DNA of 64,000 nt. Source: Amphiscolops sp. MND2022. Its lineage: Eukaryota. Below the pieces are notes generated by a model. The model worked only from the letters and a program-made list of their open reading frames with translations, had not been told where the DNA came from and ran no database searches. Every line of letters starts with the position of its first letter. Position 1 is the stretch's first letter. The stretch spans positions 8,744,001 through 8,808,000 of the forward strand of contig OZ076409.1 of the NCBI GenBank assembly GCA_964187785.1, given 5' to 3'. Of this stretch, positions 34,508 to 48,388 are shown in pieces. A program made the position numbers and the translations under genes.

Positions 34508-36055
34508 ATTACTTGATTATTTAAGGCCAATTTCTATCAAGTTTCAAACCTTCAATAATAACAAAAGCAATCAAATATTATATGTGAATTGAACTGCAAA
34601 AAGATATTTGACAACATGATATTTGAGCAAAATGATATTTGCAAACAAACACAATCAAAAAACATCAACAGCCAGGACTTTTTTCAAGGTTTTAACAAAA
34701 TCAAAAATATTTCCAAATTTTGAAAGGTTTTTACATGTCCGGGAATTGAACGCCGAATCTCTTTGGCTGATTAAAGTCTCACCCTCTGATTTCATTGGTC
34801 GACAGCTATATTCCAAAACATCATTATTTTAAAGTTTTTTTTGAACTTTTGATTCACTTACAAATCTTTGATTTCAAAATAGTTTGACATGAAAATTTTC
34901 CCGAACAGTCCGAATCTGGCAGTATAATTTTTTCTCGGAAATATCGTAACTTGTAATAGTATGACCTTTTTGTTCTTAAATTTCAAATGTTTGTTATCTG
35001 GACAAAATCTAAGAAACTTATATCTTTTTCAGAAACCCGTTTTTGAGATATTCGATTAGGATATTTGCCTTATGTTGCTTTTAAAAATAGGACAACCTCC
35101 AGGCCTTTACAGAAGCAGTTTACCCCCCAACTGGATGAGATGAAACTTGACTGGGATATAAACTTGTTTTGTAAAACTCAAATCTGTCCTTGTATATTTA
35201 CTTCAGATGATGTAATTACACAGCTCCGGAATTATATTTTATTGATTATCCAACAACTGTTTTCTTTCCACTAGATTCATGAAGCGCCGACTAAAAAACA
35301 GTCCAATCGTTAAAGAGCCGCTTTTGTCTGGGGCGCTTTTGTCGGTACACGAAAAAAATAACATCCTAACCACAGAAATAGGCTTTTCCACGGGTCAAAG
35401 AACTCATCATGAATTTGAAAAGGTTTTTTCAATGAATTCAGGGATTGTTGCAATTTTGCACTCAATCGTTCGAAAAAAATCTTTAGCGGGAGCCTGTGGT
35501 TTGTAGTTTGACTTAATTGGCCCAGTTTGGATCAATCCAGTTTTATGAGGTGATGTCGGAAGATAAGCTGGATAAAGAGCATCTGATTTTCCTTAGAATT
35601 TAGAACGAGAATTTTTCTCCAATTTCTGCCAATTGCTGCCAGAACACAGTGAACCAAAATAATTATGCTAACAAAGGTAGAGGTAAAATCAAAAACCCCC
35701 TCAAAATTTTGGCTCTGCTTGACTTACCAAAGAAAATTTTTCAAGTTTTGCAAAACAAAATTGTTCCACAAAGTGTTTCTGGAGTTTTCTGTTAACCGTT
35801 TTCAATTTTCGGGTGAACTCTTTGTTTTGGTTTTGTGAATTGATGAGTTTTCTGAATAAGACCTACGGCGTTTTTGTCTTCGCGCATCTTCACATCAATT
35901 TTCGTATCGTTAGCGGTTGGCTGCTTCATTTTCTTGATGGTTACAGTTAGCAAAACTAGTTTTCATAGCCTGAAAACTCGCAACTTTAGGTTGTTTTGGA
36001 GATTGGACTTTTTCTCAGTCAATTAGAGGTCTTTTTAGTCGACGCTTCTTGTGAA

Positions 36056-36440
36056 ACAAGACGCCCGCTAAGCACCGGATATTTTCCGCGACACGCTTAT
36101 TGCAAAAAAGTATGGTGAAGGAGAGGATCGAACCCACGACCTACTGGCTGGGAAAAAGGCAAAAATTTCAAGCACCAGTCCGGGTTCGAACCCACGACCT
36201 ACTGGCTGGGAAAGCAGTAAGTGAAGTGCAGTGGAGTTTTGGCAGAAAAGTGGAGTTTTGGCAGAATTTGTAAAAAAAGCGCGTCACAGATCATGATTTT
36301 CCTTTCCCATTTATGTGGGCGGAAAATAACAGATCATGATTTTCCTCCCCCATTTATGTGGGCGGAAAATAACAGATCATGATTTTCCTCCCCCATTTAT
36401 GTGGGCGGAAAATAACAAAAACTGCCCTACTCTCAGGGTG
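36056..36440 (-). mobile_element. Interspersed repeat with tRNA-like B-box segments and a 43-bp triplet (second copy at ~41066-41320)
   Basis: GGTCGTGGGTTCGA(T/A)CC twice on the minus strand. Shared ends GCCCGCTAAGCACCG...ATATTTTCCGC and TTTATGTGG..GGAAAAT...CCTACTC. Confidence 0.6.
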
Positions 36441-39249
36441 ACTCATTTTTCTCGTCAGACCACACCTCACACTGAAAGGTCCACTTTTTAGAGAATTTCT
36501 ATTGGCATACCTATCCTACTAGAAAAAAGTTTTTGATTCTGTTGAGCTGATGAGTTTTGTCAATGATTGTGGAAAAGATCTACGGCTTGTTTTTTTTTCA
36601 ACACTGTGTGACTTTTTTCAATACAATTTTCACTTGGTCAAGGAGGTACACCCTTCACTCCGATGAATGTTTTCGGCCTGAAAAAAGCGTCTGGCGAGAG
36701 ATTAGATTTTGAAAAATAGAATGTTTTGGAAAATTTGTCGTTTTCAAAAGTGTTTGTTTGGAAGTTTTGAGACAAAAAATGCAATAGTTAGAAATAGTAA
36801 ATTTTGGTAAAGTTTAATCATGGCACTTTATCTCAGTTTCCAAGTAGTATTTCTGAGGATGCTAGTATAATTTGATCGAAAATTTTTTAGATTTCAAAAA
36901 GTAATCAGAAAAATTCTAAACACAACCCCTATATCGTTTCTTACTACATGTATTGCAGTGTTCCTGACCACACCAAAAAAGATATAATTTGGTCTGATTC
37001 CAAACAAGTTCTCAATCAGGGTAATTCAGTAGGTTCGGTAGATCATAGGGAACTTACAAAAAAACCTGAAAAAATTGATTTCAAGCAACCCGATCATCAA
37101 AATACCTCAAATTTTAATCAATATTTCCTAAAATTTGTAATTTCCATTTTTTTTAAATTATAGTCATAAAAATTTCACACATTTGTAAAAACTATGTGAA
37201 ATTCCGAGAATTTTTCAATTAAGATAACCCAAAGTCCGTATCAACAAGAAGAGTAAATTTATGTACTTTTTATTGAGTCTGGATAACTAAACTTATTTGC
37301 TATACATTGTAGGCCGCTGTAAGTTTGCAAACGTCTTTCAAAATTCTCGAACCAATCAGATGAAAGATCGAAATTTCTAAATAAAACATTCAAAATTCCC
37401 GAATCAACATTCAATTTCAGTTAACTCTCAGCAGACCTCTGCTGGCATGGCGCTTGTAATTAAGATAGGAAGTTTGCGCTGTGCGAAGCAGAATTTTCAT
37501 TCGTTCTATCTCTCCAGTAGCATGATAATAGTGTGTGCCTTTTGAATGTCTACTTTTTGGAATAAGCCAATTGAAATCAAGATTGATGAAGCACTCTGAT
37601 TCTGGAAAACAAATTTGAATGTCGGTGTTGTAATTGTAGGATACACGAAATTTAGTATTTCGAAAGACTGTATTCTTGATCGAATCTTTCGCTGCTTGGT
37701 AGAGTTTACATACTATACGTAATAAAATAGTAGCAGGTACTTGAGGCTAATTAATAAATATACAAATGATAAATAATGTCTCATGGTAGTTTGTCCTCTA
37801 AACTATACTTCAGTCGGTTTGCAATTTTTCAACGTCCTACACTGTAATAAAATCAGATATTCAATGTTCAGCTTTCACTGTTACTCCGGTATGTTATTTG
37901 TTTCATCCATTGTCTCCCTTATTACTGAGAACCTAATAATACTCAATTTTTCCCAAGTATTCCCTTGTAATGTTTGCAGTTTTCTTCAGAGGTCTTCCTA
38001 GCAGTTAAAAATTTTGATTTTTCAATGATAAATTTTCACGATTCAATACGTAGAGTGGAGCAATCTCTTTCTGTGTTATTACATAATTGAATGACTGCAT
38101 TTTTAGTTATTTTTGAATGCTTGTTTAGTTCGTGCTCTAAAATCTTACATGAAAAGTTTTCGTTTCAGATACACCAAAACACTTTGAATGACACCAATAT
38201 CTTACCATATACAGTAATTACAGTTGGCATAGTTCAACTTTGACCATATACCATTCAGCAGTCTTTTCATTTTGTTATGGCTACTGTGACATCAAAACTA
38301 CATCACGTTCTTGCTTTTTTGTAATCTGATTGTCCTGTCATTAGACTAGATTCGCCTTTTAATCACTTTGGTTTGTGATTCTGAATGATGCAGTAAATTT
38401 TCTGTTTCTGTACACCGCAGTAGCTTTCTGTAAATTATTTTTTTTTGAGAAAAAGTTATTTCCAGAAGCTGAGATTTGTGCTCATCCAATACATTCTAAA
38501 GAAGGTAAGGTATTCATAAATCCATTAATTTGTATTTTCAATCATGTTGGTTTTTCTGTGAAAAATGATTTTTCATCCCGCATTATCTGGAAAACCAAAG
38601 TATTCGAAAAAACCCAAAGGTGGCACTCTTTTGGCCTAAAAGATTTTTTTCCTTTTAAAAAAAAACCAGAAAGTTTAAAAAACCTTTTATGCTTTTTTCC
38701 CACCAGAAACCATAAAACCAAATGGAGAACCCTTTTGTGAAATACCAAAAAAGTACAGTACAGTGTCGAAAAACCCAAAAGAACCTTTAGGGCTTAAAAA
38801 CGCTTTTTATTCAAAAACAACAAGAAACGCCGCTTTGAAAAATTGATTTTCTTGAAAAAAGTCACAGAGTGCCAAAAATTGAAAGGGATCCTACAAAACT
38901 TTGTTTATTTAATCCGAATAAGTATGTTGAAGAAGAAATGGTGGCGAGAACCTTCTGACCAATTTTTCAATTTGTAAAATTTTTGTAAACTTCGTATATT
39001 TTGGAATTCGGCATCAAATTATGGCGACCGGATTAACAAAAGAACACGACAAAACGTCACTATAATAGTCGCGTTTTACTTTTTAAAGCGCCGACCAAAA
39101 ATAAAACTGTGATGCCTATAATACAAGTGATACCTATAAAATGGCATCGGAATTATACCGTTCCATATTTGTCGAGGTACGGGTATTAGGTTGATTTTGT
39201 GAAGCTATAACTTCAAACGCTATCAATATGTGAATCGAGAAAAATTGTA

Positions 39250-41000
39250 ATTTTTTGATGATACAATGCGCTCAAAATATTCCAGCACACATCATGTTTA
39301 ACTATGAGTGTTTTCAGTGTATGTAATATTCTCAACCAAACTTTTCCAAAATTGTAATTGCAATGAAATTTTCAATGATCTGTATGAAGACTGATTTCAT
39401 TTTTTAAATTTTTCAGTGGATGTTTAACAATTTTAGATACATTGAATCTTCCAATCAAGCTTTTTCCAGTTTCTCAAAATTTCCGTTTGCAAGCTTCTAT
39501 AGCTGATATATTCCGCCATCGTGTTTTTTCGAGGGAAACTTGACATAGTTCAAAATTTTATCAGAATGATTGAGTTAAAAACCAACTTTGAGTTCATGTT
39601 TCACCACAAGTAATATCGACGACAATCTATATGTGTAAGTTTTGAACTATTTGTTACGTCATTGTTGGAGTATTTGGAGTATTCTGCTGCATTTTGCTAA
39701 TTGAAAAGATACTTATCTTTGAATGTGACAAAAGCAATGGTGTTAGGACCAAGAAAACCAATTATCGGCGTTAAAACGACATTTTCGGCGCCAATTTCGG
39801 CAGTAAAACGCCAAATGGACGGCAAGAATGGTGTTGTCCAAGTCAATCAGCTCTTCCAAAATTTTCGACACAGCATTTGAGGCGATTGAAACTGTAAAAT
39901 ATCTTGCTTGACTCCTCACGATAAAGCCATTAATGAACCGAAAGTCGTTGATGTGGGTTAGTTTATCTACATAAGTAGGGTTTCTCATGAAATCGAAAGC
40001 CGCACTCGATATTTGACATTATTTCTGCTCTTCAAGGAATAATTTCAATTCTTCCCCATTTTCAACAATGTATATAATGGTAACGAAATACGATCCCATC
40101 TGATATCAATTGGTATCGGGAAGGGGCCTCGCGCCATGAGATCAAAATTTTCCCAAGAATGTGAGCGTAACGACACTTTTGTTTTTGAACACTTTGTTTG
40201 AAACACACTTTTTTTGAACACTTTGTTCATTGTCTTTATCATGTGTTTTATCTCGGACGTTTGAATTACATTTTCTGCGATTCTGAATAATAAATGAGAA
40301 AACCATGTGACTTGGATAAACATCATTCACAGAAGTCTTGCAGCTGCGATGCGTAACTGGCCCCATCAGTGACAAAAAGCTAAAATTTTGAAAAGTATTC
40401 CTCGACTCCAACTTTTGTCAAGGCAGTCGTGATTTTTGCATTCACCATTGCCGCATTTGGGGTACGAAAATCTTTTGTTAGGTCGACAAAAAACGGTGCA
40501 TTGTGCTGTTGGTTATTTAGTTCCCCTAACAAAATTGCGCAACATTTTTCCCCATTAAATTCCGTCTCGTCAATTCCAATATAAATACCAGACATTGATG
40601 AAACTTTTGCCTTCAAGTTTTACAACTTTGTTTGTTATGCCAAAACCGAACACGCCGTGGCCGATGTGAAGCTGCAGGGAATTTTTCGCCGAAATTGTTT
40701 TTCCAAAAAATCTCAAGTTTGGGTTTTTGAGGAATGCTAGCGGTAGTCCCGAGGAAATCCAAGCGTCAGCCAGGTCGTAATTCAAGGGCGGATTGAAATT
40801 TGCAAAAGAGTTCCCTGCTTTTTTGTCGAAAGTTGTACATTTTTTGCATACATATCGCAGGCAATATGGTCTTTCACATGGTTCGTTTTGGAGACAGTGA
40901 CAGATCTTGTACAAATATCGCAAAACACTTCTAAATTTTCTGTATGTTGGCGTAAAATTCTAAGACACATATGCTCGGATACAGCAGCTGGTATCAACAG
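39250..41000 (-). pseudogene. Degenerate hAT-superfamily (CGGBP1/DUF659-like) transposase
   Basis: BED-like FCDIC...KDH, FN...DLADAWISSGLPLAFLKNP, IYIGIDET (first catalytic D), TDGA, QVTWFSHLLFRIAENV (CxxH region), IRW. Many frameshifts; boundaries approximate. Confidence 0.75.
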
Positions 41001-41516
41001 CACGGCCTTCGGCATTTCACAATCTAAAGCCAAATGATGATACTCGCACAGACGAATACACGAAATAAGATGCCCGCTAAGCACCGAGATATTTTCCGCT
41101 AAATATGTAACGCATCAGGCCGGGTTCGAACCCATGACCTCGTGCCTGCCAGAAAGCAGTAACTAGAATAGTTACTAAGTAACTAGAAGAGTCAAGTAAC
41201 TAAAATAGTCAAGTAACTCTAAGTGAGGTGAAACTGGGAGGAGATTTGACAGAATGTGGTAATAAAACGCAACACAGATCGTTTATGTGGCCGGAAAATG
41301 ATAATGATATGCCTACTCTAAACCAGTTGTACGTTGTAAACTTACGAGGTGAACTACAACAATTTTTGTCGTTGCCGTTGTTTTGTCTATTGATATATTT
41401 GCTTTCATAATTCACCGGCGCTAGCGAGGCTGAATCGGCGCCAAGTGAGACAATTCGGCATTTACCGGCGCGTCAACTCACGCCGAAAATTGGTTTTCCT
41501 GGTCAGGACATATCCG

Positions 41517-41886
41517 ATGCAATTTCAACCGTTGCCTTTTCAACCGCTCACAATTTCAACCAATTGCATTTTCAACCTTCCGCAATTTCGACCTAATGTA
41601 ATTTTGACTCATCAGGTATTTAATTATTTTATGTGGTTTTCCTTTTCATACATTTCAAATTTAAATATGCTAATTTTTACTCCAGTTTTGAAACGTTTTG
41701 GCTTCTTCGTAAATAATGACCAATAACTAAGGCTGTTTGATTCATTACTAGCTATTGCACTCAAATAATAACTCAACCGAATTAGGACTAAATAGCTAAA
41801 ATTAGTTGAGTTCGAAATTGCGGAAAGGTGAAAATGCAATAGGTTGAAATTGTGAGTGGTTGAAATGTCAACGGTTGAAATTGCAT
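41517..41886. mobile_element. MITE with inverted TTTCAACC arrays
   Basis: ATGCAATTTCAACCGTTG ... CAACGGTTGAAATTGCAT. True termini and TSD not resolved. Confidence 0.7.
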
Positions 41887-42185
41887 AAAACGAAATTTTT
41901 TGCATGCGTGTTCAATAAATAATTATGAGTAAAAGTAATTATAATGAATAAAATGAAATAATTTATTTTTTACAATCAAATCAATAAAAATAATCATTTT
42001 GTGACCTAATAATGTTCAGAGCATAATTTAAGTTTCTGATATCCGGTTTTCACTGAGAATGAAAATAATTATTTTAGCAAAAGAATATTTCATTTTTAGG
42101 CTATAATAATATTCGAATAAAATATTGAACAACCCCTGATGTCATGTAACCAAAAATAATGATAATGTTTATTTCGACACGCAGA

Positions 42186-42301
42186 ATGGGGTGTGCGCCT
42201 TCGAAGGGGAACACGATTGCGGTGCAGTCGGCACAGACGCCTAGGGCCATGCCTGACTTCAGGGCAACTCCTCCTGTTACCCCGCCCATCCACAAGTCAA
42301 A
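42186..42301 (+). CDS. Host gene (MGC-start, stathmin-like/STMND1-like protein, 332 aa), coding exon 1
   Basis: MGCAPSKGNT... (Gly2 myristoylation, Cys3 palmitoylation pattern). Donor AA|GTAAGA, phase 2. Confidence 0.8.
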
Positions 42302-42872
42302 GTAAGAAATCGAAGAAAGGGTTGTTCCTTCGGAATAGCTAAGCTCTATTACGGAGAAATTGTATAATTTTTCGCGTTCAGATCGTTTTTTTTTCGCAGC
42401 GGTTAAAAATTTTTGAGGCAGGAATTCCAGTTTTTGTAAAAAAATTTGTGAAATTTATGTATTTTTGTAACATTCTGAGTTAGATTCTAAAACTGAATTT
42501 TCTTACAAGATATTAGAATTGACCCCACCCATCCAGAATTCAAAGTAAGAAGTCATCAACTGAAAATGTTCATTTTTTGAAAAAACAAGCTGGGAACGGC
42601 ATAAGCCCATCGCCCAGTTAAAGGCTCAAAAACTGCAAAAGGACTTCAAAGTGTCAAGTATTCTCTTCCACAGTACCCGAAAAACCCAAAGGTTACCATT
42701 CATTCTGTTGCAAAGTATCAAAATGTCCCTTTTGAGACATTAAAAAATTGTGCAACAAAACCAAATGATATGCTGTTGTTCCTGAAAGTTCCCGCGCAGC
42801 TAAAAACTACAAACCAAAATTTAAGCTCATTATCAGACCTTTCAAACGCGCTATTATTCATTTCTCTGGTAT

Positions 42873-43615
42873 CCCAGTGTCCGAAGCCATGGTATCTTTG
42901 CCAAGATCCATGGCAAGTTCCTTGCTAGCCTTGCTAAGATCTTGCCATGATCTTGGCAAGGATACCATGGCCATGTAAGATCGTGCAAAAGCTAACCATG
43001 TTCTTGACAAGGGTTCCATGGTAGCAAATCAGTTTTTTTTGGTAACTCTTATTTTCTAATTCTGTTTGTTTTTATTGCACTAGTTTCTATTGCATTCTCG
43101 AACTTCAGTAATTTCAACACGTTACCTCGATAGGTGAGGTATTAGCAAAATTAACACATCATAGCTAGGAAAAATGATTTTCACACCACTATCGCAAACC
43201 CGCAAGTTGCAATAACTTGATTTGGATTTTGCTTTGTATGATAAATTATGATAGTAGTAACAATGCCGTGCTCTCAGGTACCAAAACTAGGCAATATTTG
43301 CACATTACTAAGAAGTTTGGCATACATTTCAGTGTTAAAAAATTTTTCGATAAATAAAATTTATGTCCGAAGTTATCACAACGGCTTATTCAGAAATTAG
43401 AGACGACAAGAAGTTTTTATGAAAGGAATAAATGATACAATTCAAAGCAGCTCGCATGTCAAACCATAGTTATCTTGCCATGGTCTTGCCATGATCGTGA
43501 CCAGCGTTCAATGCATCATGATTTGCCATGATCTTGACAAGGGTACCATGGTTAACCATGATTTAGCAAGATTTACCATGATCATGGCAAGCGTTCAATG
43601 GCTTCGAACACAGCG
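42873..43615. mobile_element. CMC/EnSpm-like MITE
   Basis: TIR CCCAGTGTCCGAAGCCAT / ATGGCTTCGAACACAGCG. 2-bp AT on both flanks. Subterminal CCATG/CTTGCC repeats. Confidence 0.7.
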
Positions 43616-43792
43616 ATGCGTGTGCGTAGCTACGGAGATATTTTGGATTGAAAAAAATTCCGAAATTTTCGAAAATTTGCAAAACACCCATGCTATTTAG
43701 GGTTAACTGAAACTATACGCAAAAACATTTGAAGCTACCAAAACAGATGTTCATCTCTTACATTTTTAAAAATCATTCTCACCATTTCATTT

Positions 43793-44344
43793 AAACAAGC
43801 CGGGAACGGCCAAAGTCGGCGCCATATCTAAGGCTCAAAATTTAGAAGGGGGACCCCTCGGGCTTTGTGAAACTCCAGCTGGTTGCAAAAAATGAAAAAA
43901 AAAATGAAGGGGGGACCCTTTGGAGACATGAAAAAATTTCCCAAAAAATTTTTTTAATGAGATTTTTGAACAGTGTCACAGTGCCGAAAAATGTAAAAGG
44001 GGGGACCCTTTGCGATTTTTTGACATCCATTGTGTTGCAAAACATCAAAAAAATTGAAGGGGGGACCCTTTGGGGGAAAAATTTCAATCCAAAAAGTTTC
44101 AAAAACTCGCATAGTTCCGAAAAAAGTGGGGGGATCCTTAGTGTGATTTCGAGGTTGTGGACGTCTGTTTTGTTTTTTCTTTTCGCTTTGGACGCGCTTT
44201 TGAGGTTGGAGTTGTTGAGGTTTGAAGTTGTTGAGGTTTGAGGTTGTTGAACAAACGAACAAAAAAGTGGAACTTTCGTGTCTAAAAAAAACTACCCACT
44301 GTAATAGTCGGGCACATTTTCTACTAAAATGCGCCGACTAAAAA
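43793..44344 (-). mobile_element. HINE/DINE-1-like copy
   Basis: AAACAAGCCGGGAACGGCCAAAGTCGGCGCCATATCT ... GCGCCGACTAAAAA. Confidence 0.72.
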
Positions 44345-44504
44345 CAGAGTAATCGTACAACTGAGTTCCTGAAACTTTTTACAGGGAAACAAGGGAAAAG
44401 AGGAGAAAATAGAAAAAACGCAAAAAAGAAAATTCAAATTTTACAGCGAAATAAGGAAAAAAGGAAAAAGGAAAAAAGTAAAACGGAAAATCTATCTTTT
44501 TCAG

Positions 44505-44653
44505 GGAAAGTAAGGAGAAGTCGAACCCTCTGGATGTGAAGAGACCCCTGCCGGCCATAGGAGGGGACTCCAAACTGAAGAGACCGGGTCTGTCCACCGT
44601 CCCCGAAGCAGGGGAGGACGCGACACCCGCGTGGATGAAACCCGACATGAACG
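44505..44653 (+). CDS. Host gene coding exon 2
   Basis: TTTCAG| ... |GTGATT. ESKEKSNPLDVKRPLPAIGG...; phase 2 in, phase 1 out. Confidence 0.8.
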
Positions 44654-45409
44654 GTGATTGAATATTTTTTTACTATTGGAAACTGTTTTTAGTCATTGCT
44701 TTTCGCTTTTCGTCATTTCTTTTTGATACACCCGAAATCTTCAAAATAGTTCTACCAAAAGCTCTGCAATTTTCCAGAATCAGGATGTCACTTGGCCCAG
44801 TGATTAACGGGATTTCCCGCGGTCTAAGAAGCAGGTGTACGTGAGTTCGAGTCTCGCACTGATCCAAAAACTTTTTTATGCTTGCAAATGTAGGGGAGAC
44901 CAAAGGGTCCCCCTATATAATTTTTTCGGCAATATGCGACTTTTTTCAGATTTTTTTCCAAACCTAAACTCCCTTTCTCGATTTTCAGCAGAAACAACAG
45001 CGTTTCGCGAGCATAGATGGCCACTTTTAGCTTTTTCGGCGCTATGCGACTTACCGAAGTGAAAGAAAGTGAATTTTTTTGCGCCATTTTTTGGTTTTTT
45101 GAAGTTTTCTGTAAAGGAAGCAAGGTTGTGTTTCCCAAGCTTTGAGGGTGACCTCTTTGTTATTCTGTTATATCAAAAATTGAGGCTGCTAGTTTGAAAA
45201 AGAATAATTGACAGACTAAATGTTCAAGAAATTGAAATTCCACAAAATAGGCCCCCATGATCAGTATGGGATTTCAATTTTCAATAATAAGAATCTCCGC
45301 AAAAACCTTGGCATCACACAAGCCTTTTGGGCACAAGAATTGCAGGCATTTACGTGATATAAATTATAATAAAATCCTTTCTCCTGGTGGCAAGTCTGGT
45401 TCATTTTAG

Positions 45410-45543
45410 CCATGATTTCGGATGCCAAGTCTGGGGAGAATCACAAAGAAGTGAAACACACCCAGAGTTCCGTGGCCTTCACCTTCAGTTTCGGGGACGA
45501 ATCCGCCCCGTCCAGAGCCCCCGGCAGACTACCCCCTCTCATT
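45410..45543 (+). CDS. Host gene coding exon 3
   Basis: TTTTAG| ... |GTTAGT. ...SSVAFTFSFGDESAPSRAPGRLPPLI; phase 1 in, 0 out. Confidence 0.8.
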
Positions 45544-46983
45544 GTTAGTCATCGACACCCACTTTTCCATTTCTTCCTCATGTCACCCTACCCTGGTTGT
45601 AAACAAGCCGAGGGGGGGGCTCAAGTTGGCGCCATATCTGAGGCTCAACAAATTATGTAGAACTTTGAAAACGGTATATCCGAACTTTGAAAACGCTATA
45701 CCCGAACTTTGGAAACGTTATATCTGAACTAGAATATCTCGACTAAAAGGTTGAACAATTGAACAAAAAAGTGGACCATTCAGAGTGAACTGAAAAAAAT
45801 ACCCACTGCAATAGTCGGGCTCTTTTATTCTAAAAGCACCGACTAAAAATGCAGTCCTTATGAGGATCTTGCAAGATTTTCTTTCAGGACCTTGGAAGAA
45901 AAAATTCCTTGAAAGATCCTCCGAAATAATGCGTTTTTACAAGCAACGTGCAAGATTTTCTGGCATGGCAGGATATTGTAAAAAAAATAAATTTCCTTGA
46001 ACGATCTTCCTAAGTAATGTGTTTTTACAAGGATCTTGCAAGATTCTTGCGAAGGAATGCACTTTTTGTCAACCAGGTTAGAATTCTAAAAAGCTAAAAT
46101 CACTCGATTTGGTTTACCAAAATTTTCATCGCGCTAAATTTTCCAAATTTTGAACGGTATTTTCCAAATAACAACGGTAATTTCTTAGTCGAACTCGACT
46201 CAAAAGTTAAAAAGTTATATCACATGGTATTTTGAAAAGTTTTGGAATTTTTGCAGCATTTTTAATATGCAATAACTAAAAAACTACTGGTCAGAAGAAA
46301 AGCCTCCTCCTCATTTTTGTAGCCTTCAACTTTTGTTCTTTAACTTTTCGTGTTTTACATTTTTTTCTGAAAATGCTCTCTTGAAAAACGAACAGCCATA
46401 AACAGTTGTAATTATTTGGAAACAATAAATCCATGGAGTAAAAATTGAAGAGTTCGAATCTTGTGATGAAAATTCATAAGGAGGATGTATTCAGAAAAAG
46501 CGGTAATGTCAAAAATCAGAGATCTGAATCAAAGGTACAAAGTATGTTGCAGACACTTCATGCTGCGAACAGCGCTTTTCGAGATATTGCATAATAAATT
46601 TCAGAAAATGCCAGAACACAAAAAGAAGCCAACTTTCACAACTTTTATGAGTTTTGTTTGATTTCAAAATAAAAAATACCCGTAATTCTGATCGACTTTG
46701 AAAAATTTTCCTCTTGAGATTTTCTCGTCAATTGAATATAATTTTTGCGCTTTGATTTTTTGTCAGCTAAATCGAGTGTCTTTAACTTTTTCGTACCCTA
46801 ATATACCTAACAATGGCCAGTCCACAAACTAGTTTGTTATCGCCTGCTTTTTGTTCAAAATTTGTTTCTGCGTGAAATGTTTTTTGAACTTCAAATTCTA
46901 AAACAATTTCTTAGCCAATTCTTTTAACATGAAAACTGAAGTTACCAAAAGCTTTTCACAAGGTTCCAGCGATTATGGTGTAG

Positions 46984-47215
46984 GGTAGCATGGTGTAGTG
47001 GTAAGAGCATTCGGCTTATACCGGGGCGGTATCATGTTCGAATCTCTCTCAACTCATCATTGTTGACCCTTGAGCAAGTCCTTCATCCCTAGCTTAGTGG
47101 TATGGTCAATGGCAAAAAATACCACATATGGCGGAGGAAAACAAAAACAAAAAGAACAACGGTGAGCAGTCAGAACTTTGTGACCTTGAGCAAGTCACTC
47201 AGCTTCAAAACCACA
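46984..47215 (+). mobile_element. tRNA-derived SINE with a CORE-like segment
   Basis: A-box TGGTGTAGTGG, B-box GTTCGAATC. Then GACCCTTGAGCAAGTC and TGTGACCTTGAGCAAGTCACT (MIR/CORE-like). A/C-rich tail. Confidence 0.65.
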
Positions 47216-47373
47216 GCTTCAAGTCCACCATTGCTTGACTATTTGGCTGCAAACATGGTACCATAGCTTGCTATGTCGAGATCGCATCCGAAATGGCGCT
47301 GACTTAGAAAAGCAGAACTGCTTATTCAGCGTCCACCCTGCAGAATTGCTGAAATTAACTTTCTTTTTTGCAG

Positions 47374-47472
47374 AGAGAGAAAACAATAAAGAAAGAAACA
47401 GACGAGAAGGACTTGAAAGATTCTTTGATGAAACGACAACAAGAAGTTGACAACAGACGTCAAAGTGAATTG
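47374..47472 (+). CDS. Host gene coding exon 4 (coiled-coil, stathmin-like)
   Basis: TTTTGCAG| ... |GTACGT. REKTIKKETDEKDLKDSLMKRQQEVDNRRQSEL; 99 nt, phase 0-0. Confidence 0.8.
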
Positions 47473-47743
47473 GTACGTTTTAAAAACAATAAATAAATAC
47501 AATAAACAATTCATTGTTTTCAAAGAAATTTTTGCAAAAGTTGGAAGAAATTATCTGTTAGTTCACCTATGTTGTGATCATCCACTATGAAATCTTGGTG
47601 ACACCTTTCGACCATAATTACAATGGAACCGACCAGTGATTTCCGGATTATCTGGAACTCACTGCACGCGATTATCCGCCAAAAATAGTAAAAATCTCTA
47701 TTTTTGCTAAAAAATCTCGCATTCAAAGCTTGAATGTCCCTGG

Positions 47744-48225
47744 CAGACTTTTGACATCGCTATTTTTTCGCTAATCGCTACACCGCTGATTTCAAAATCG
47801 CTATTTCGCTGAAAACCTTTTTCTGCATGTTTCAAATATAAACGATAACTTAAGTCAATTTTTGCAAGAAAAAAAAACTTTTTTATATTGAGTTATAAAG
47901 TACTGCAATTTGATTGGTTGTTACTGTTAATTCAATGTGAATTCCACTTGACCGCCTAACTGGACTGGGGGGATTAAATCGGTGGGGGTTGTAATTAACA
48001 GAAAAGTACCTTTTTTGAAATTAATTTTGAAACTCCGTGTATTTTGCGATGAAATTTTGAATTTGGACAACCTATTAGTTGCCGCTAATTTGAATCGCTA
48101 ATAGAATCGCTGGAGAAAATTCTGCGCGGTTTTTTTAATTTTCTGAATCGCTGATTAGCGGTGTCAAAACTCTGGTTCAAATTCGAAAATTGGAACGACC
48201 ATGTGTTCTTCTTACAAAAACTCTG
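47744..48225. mobile_element. hAT-type MITE with 8-bp TSD
   Basis: CAG...CTG ends. TSD GTCCCTGG at 47736-47743 and 48226-48233. A better-matching internal TIR ends at 48174. Confidence 0.75.
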
Positions 48226-48388
48226 GTCCCTGGATATATAAAAGATAAAAATTCCACAATATATTCGAAGGTCTCTAAAGGCTGTTGAATAAATCCAAGA
48301 AATGGTGGAAACGCATTTGAACAGCTGTGATTGGTCGAATAAATTTATGAAATGCTGAAGGGTCATTTGAACAACTGTGATTGGTCAG

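Noticed and set aside
36110..36210. tRNA gene(s)
   Set aside because: Only B-box/T-arm-like fragments within a dispersed repeat; no complete cloverleaf. The same applies to 41120-41145 and 46984-47050.
37400..38500. Coding-like minus-strand composition
   Set aside because: No sustained reading frame or recognisable motif.
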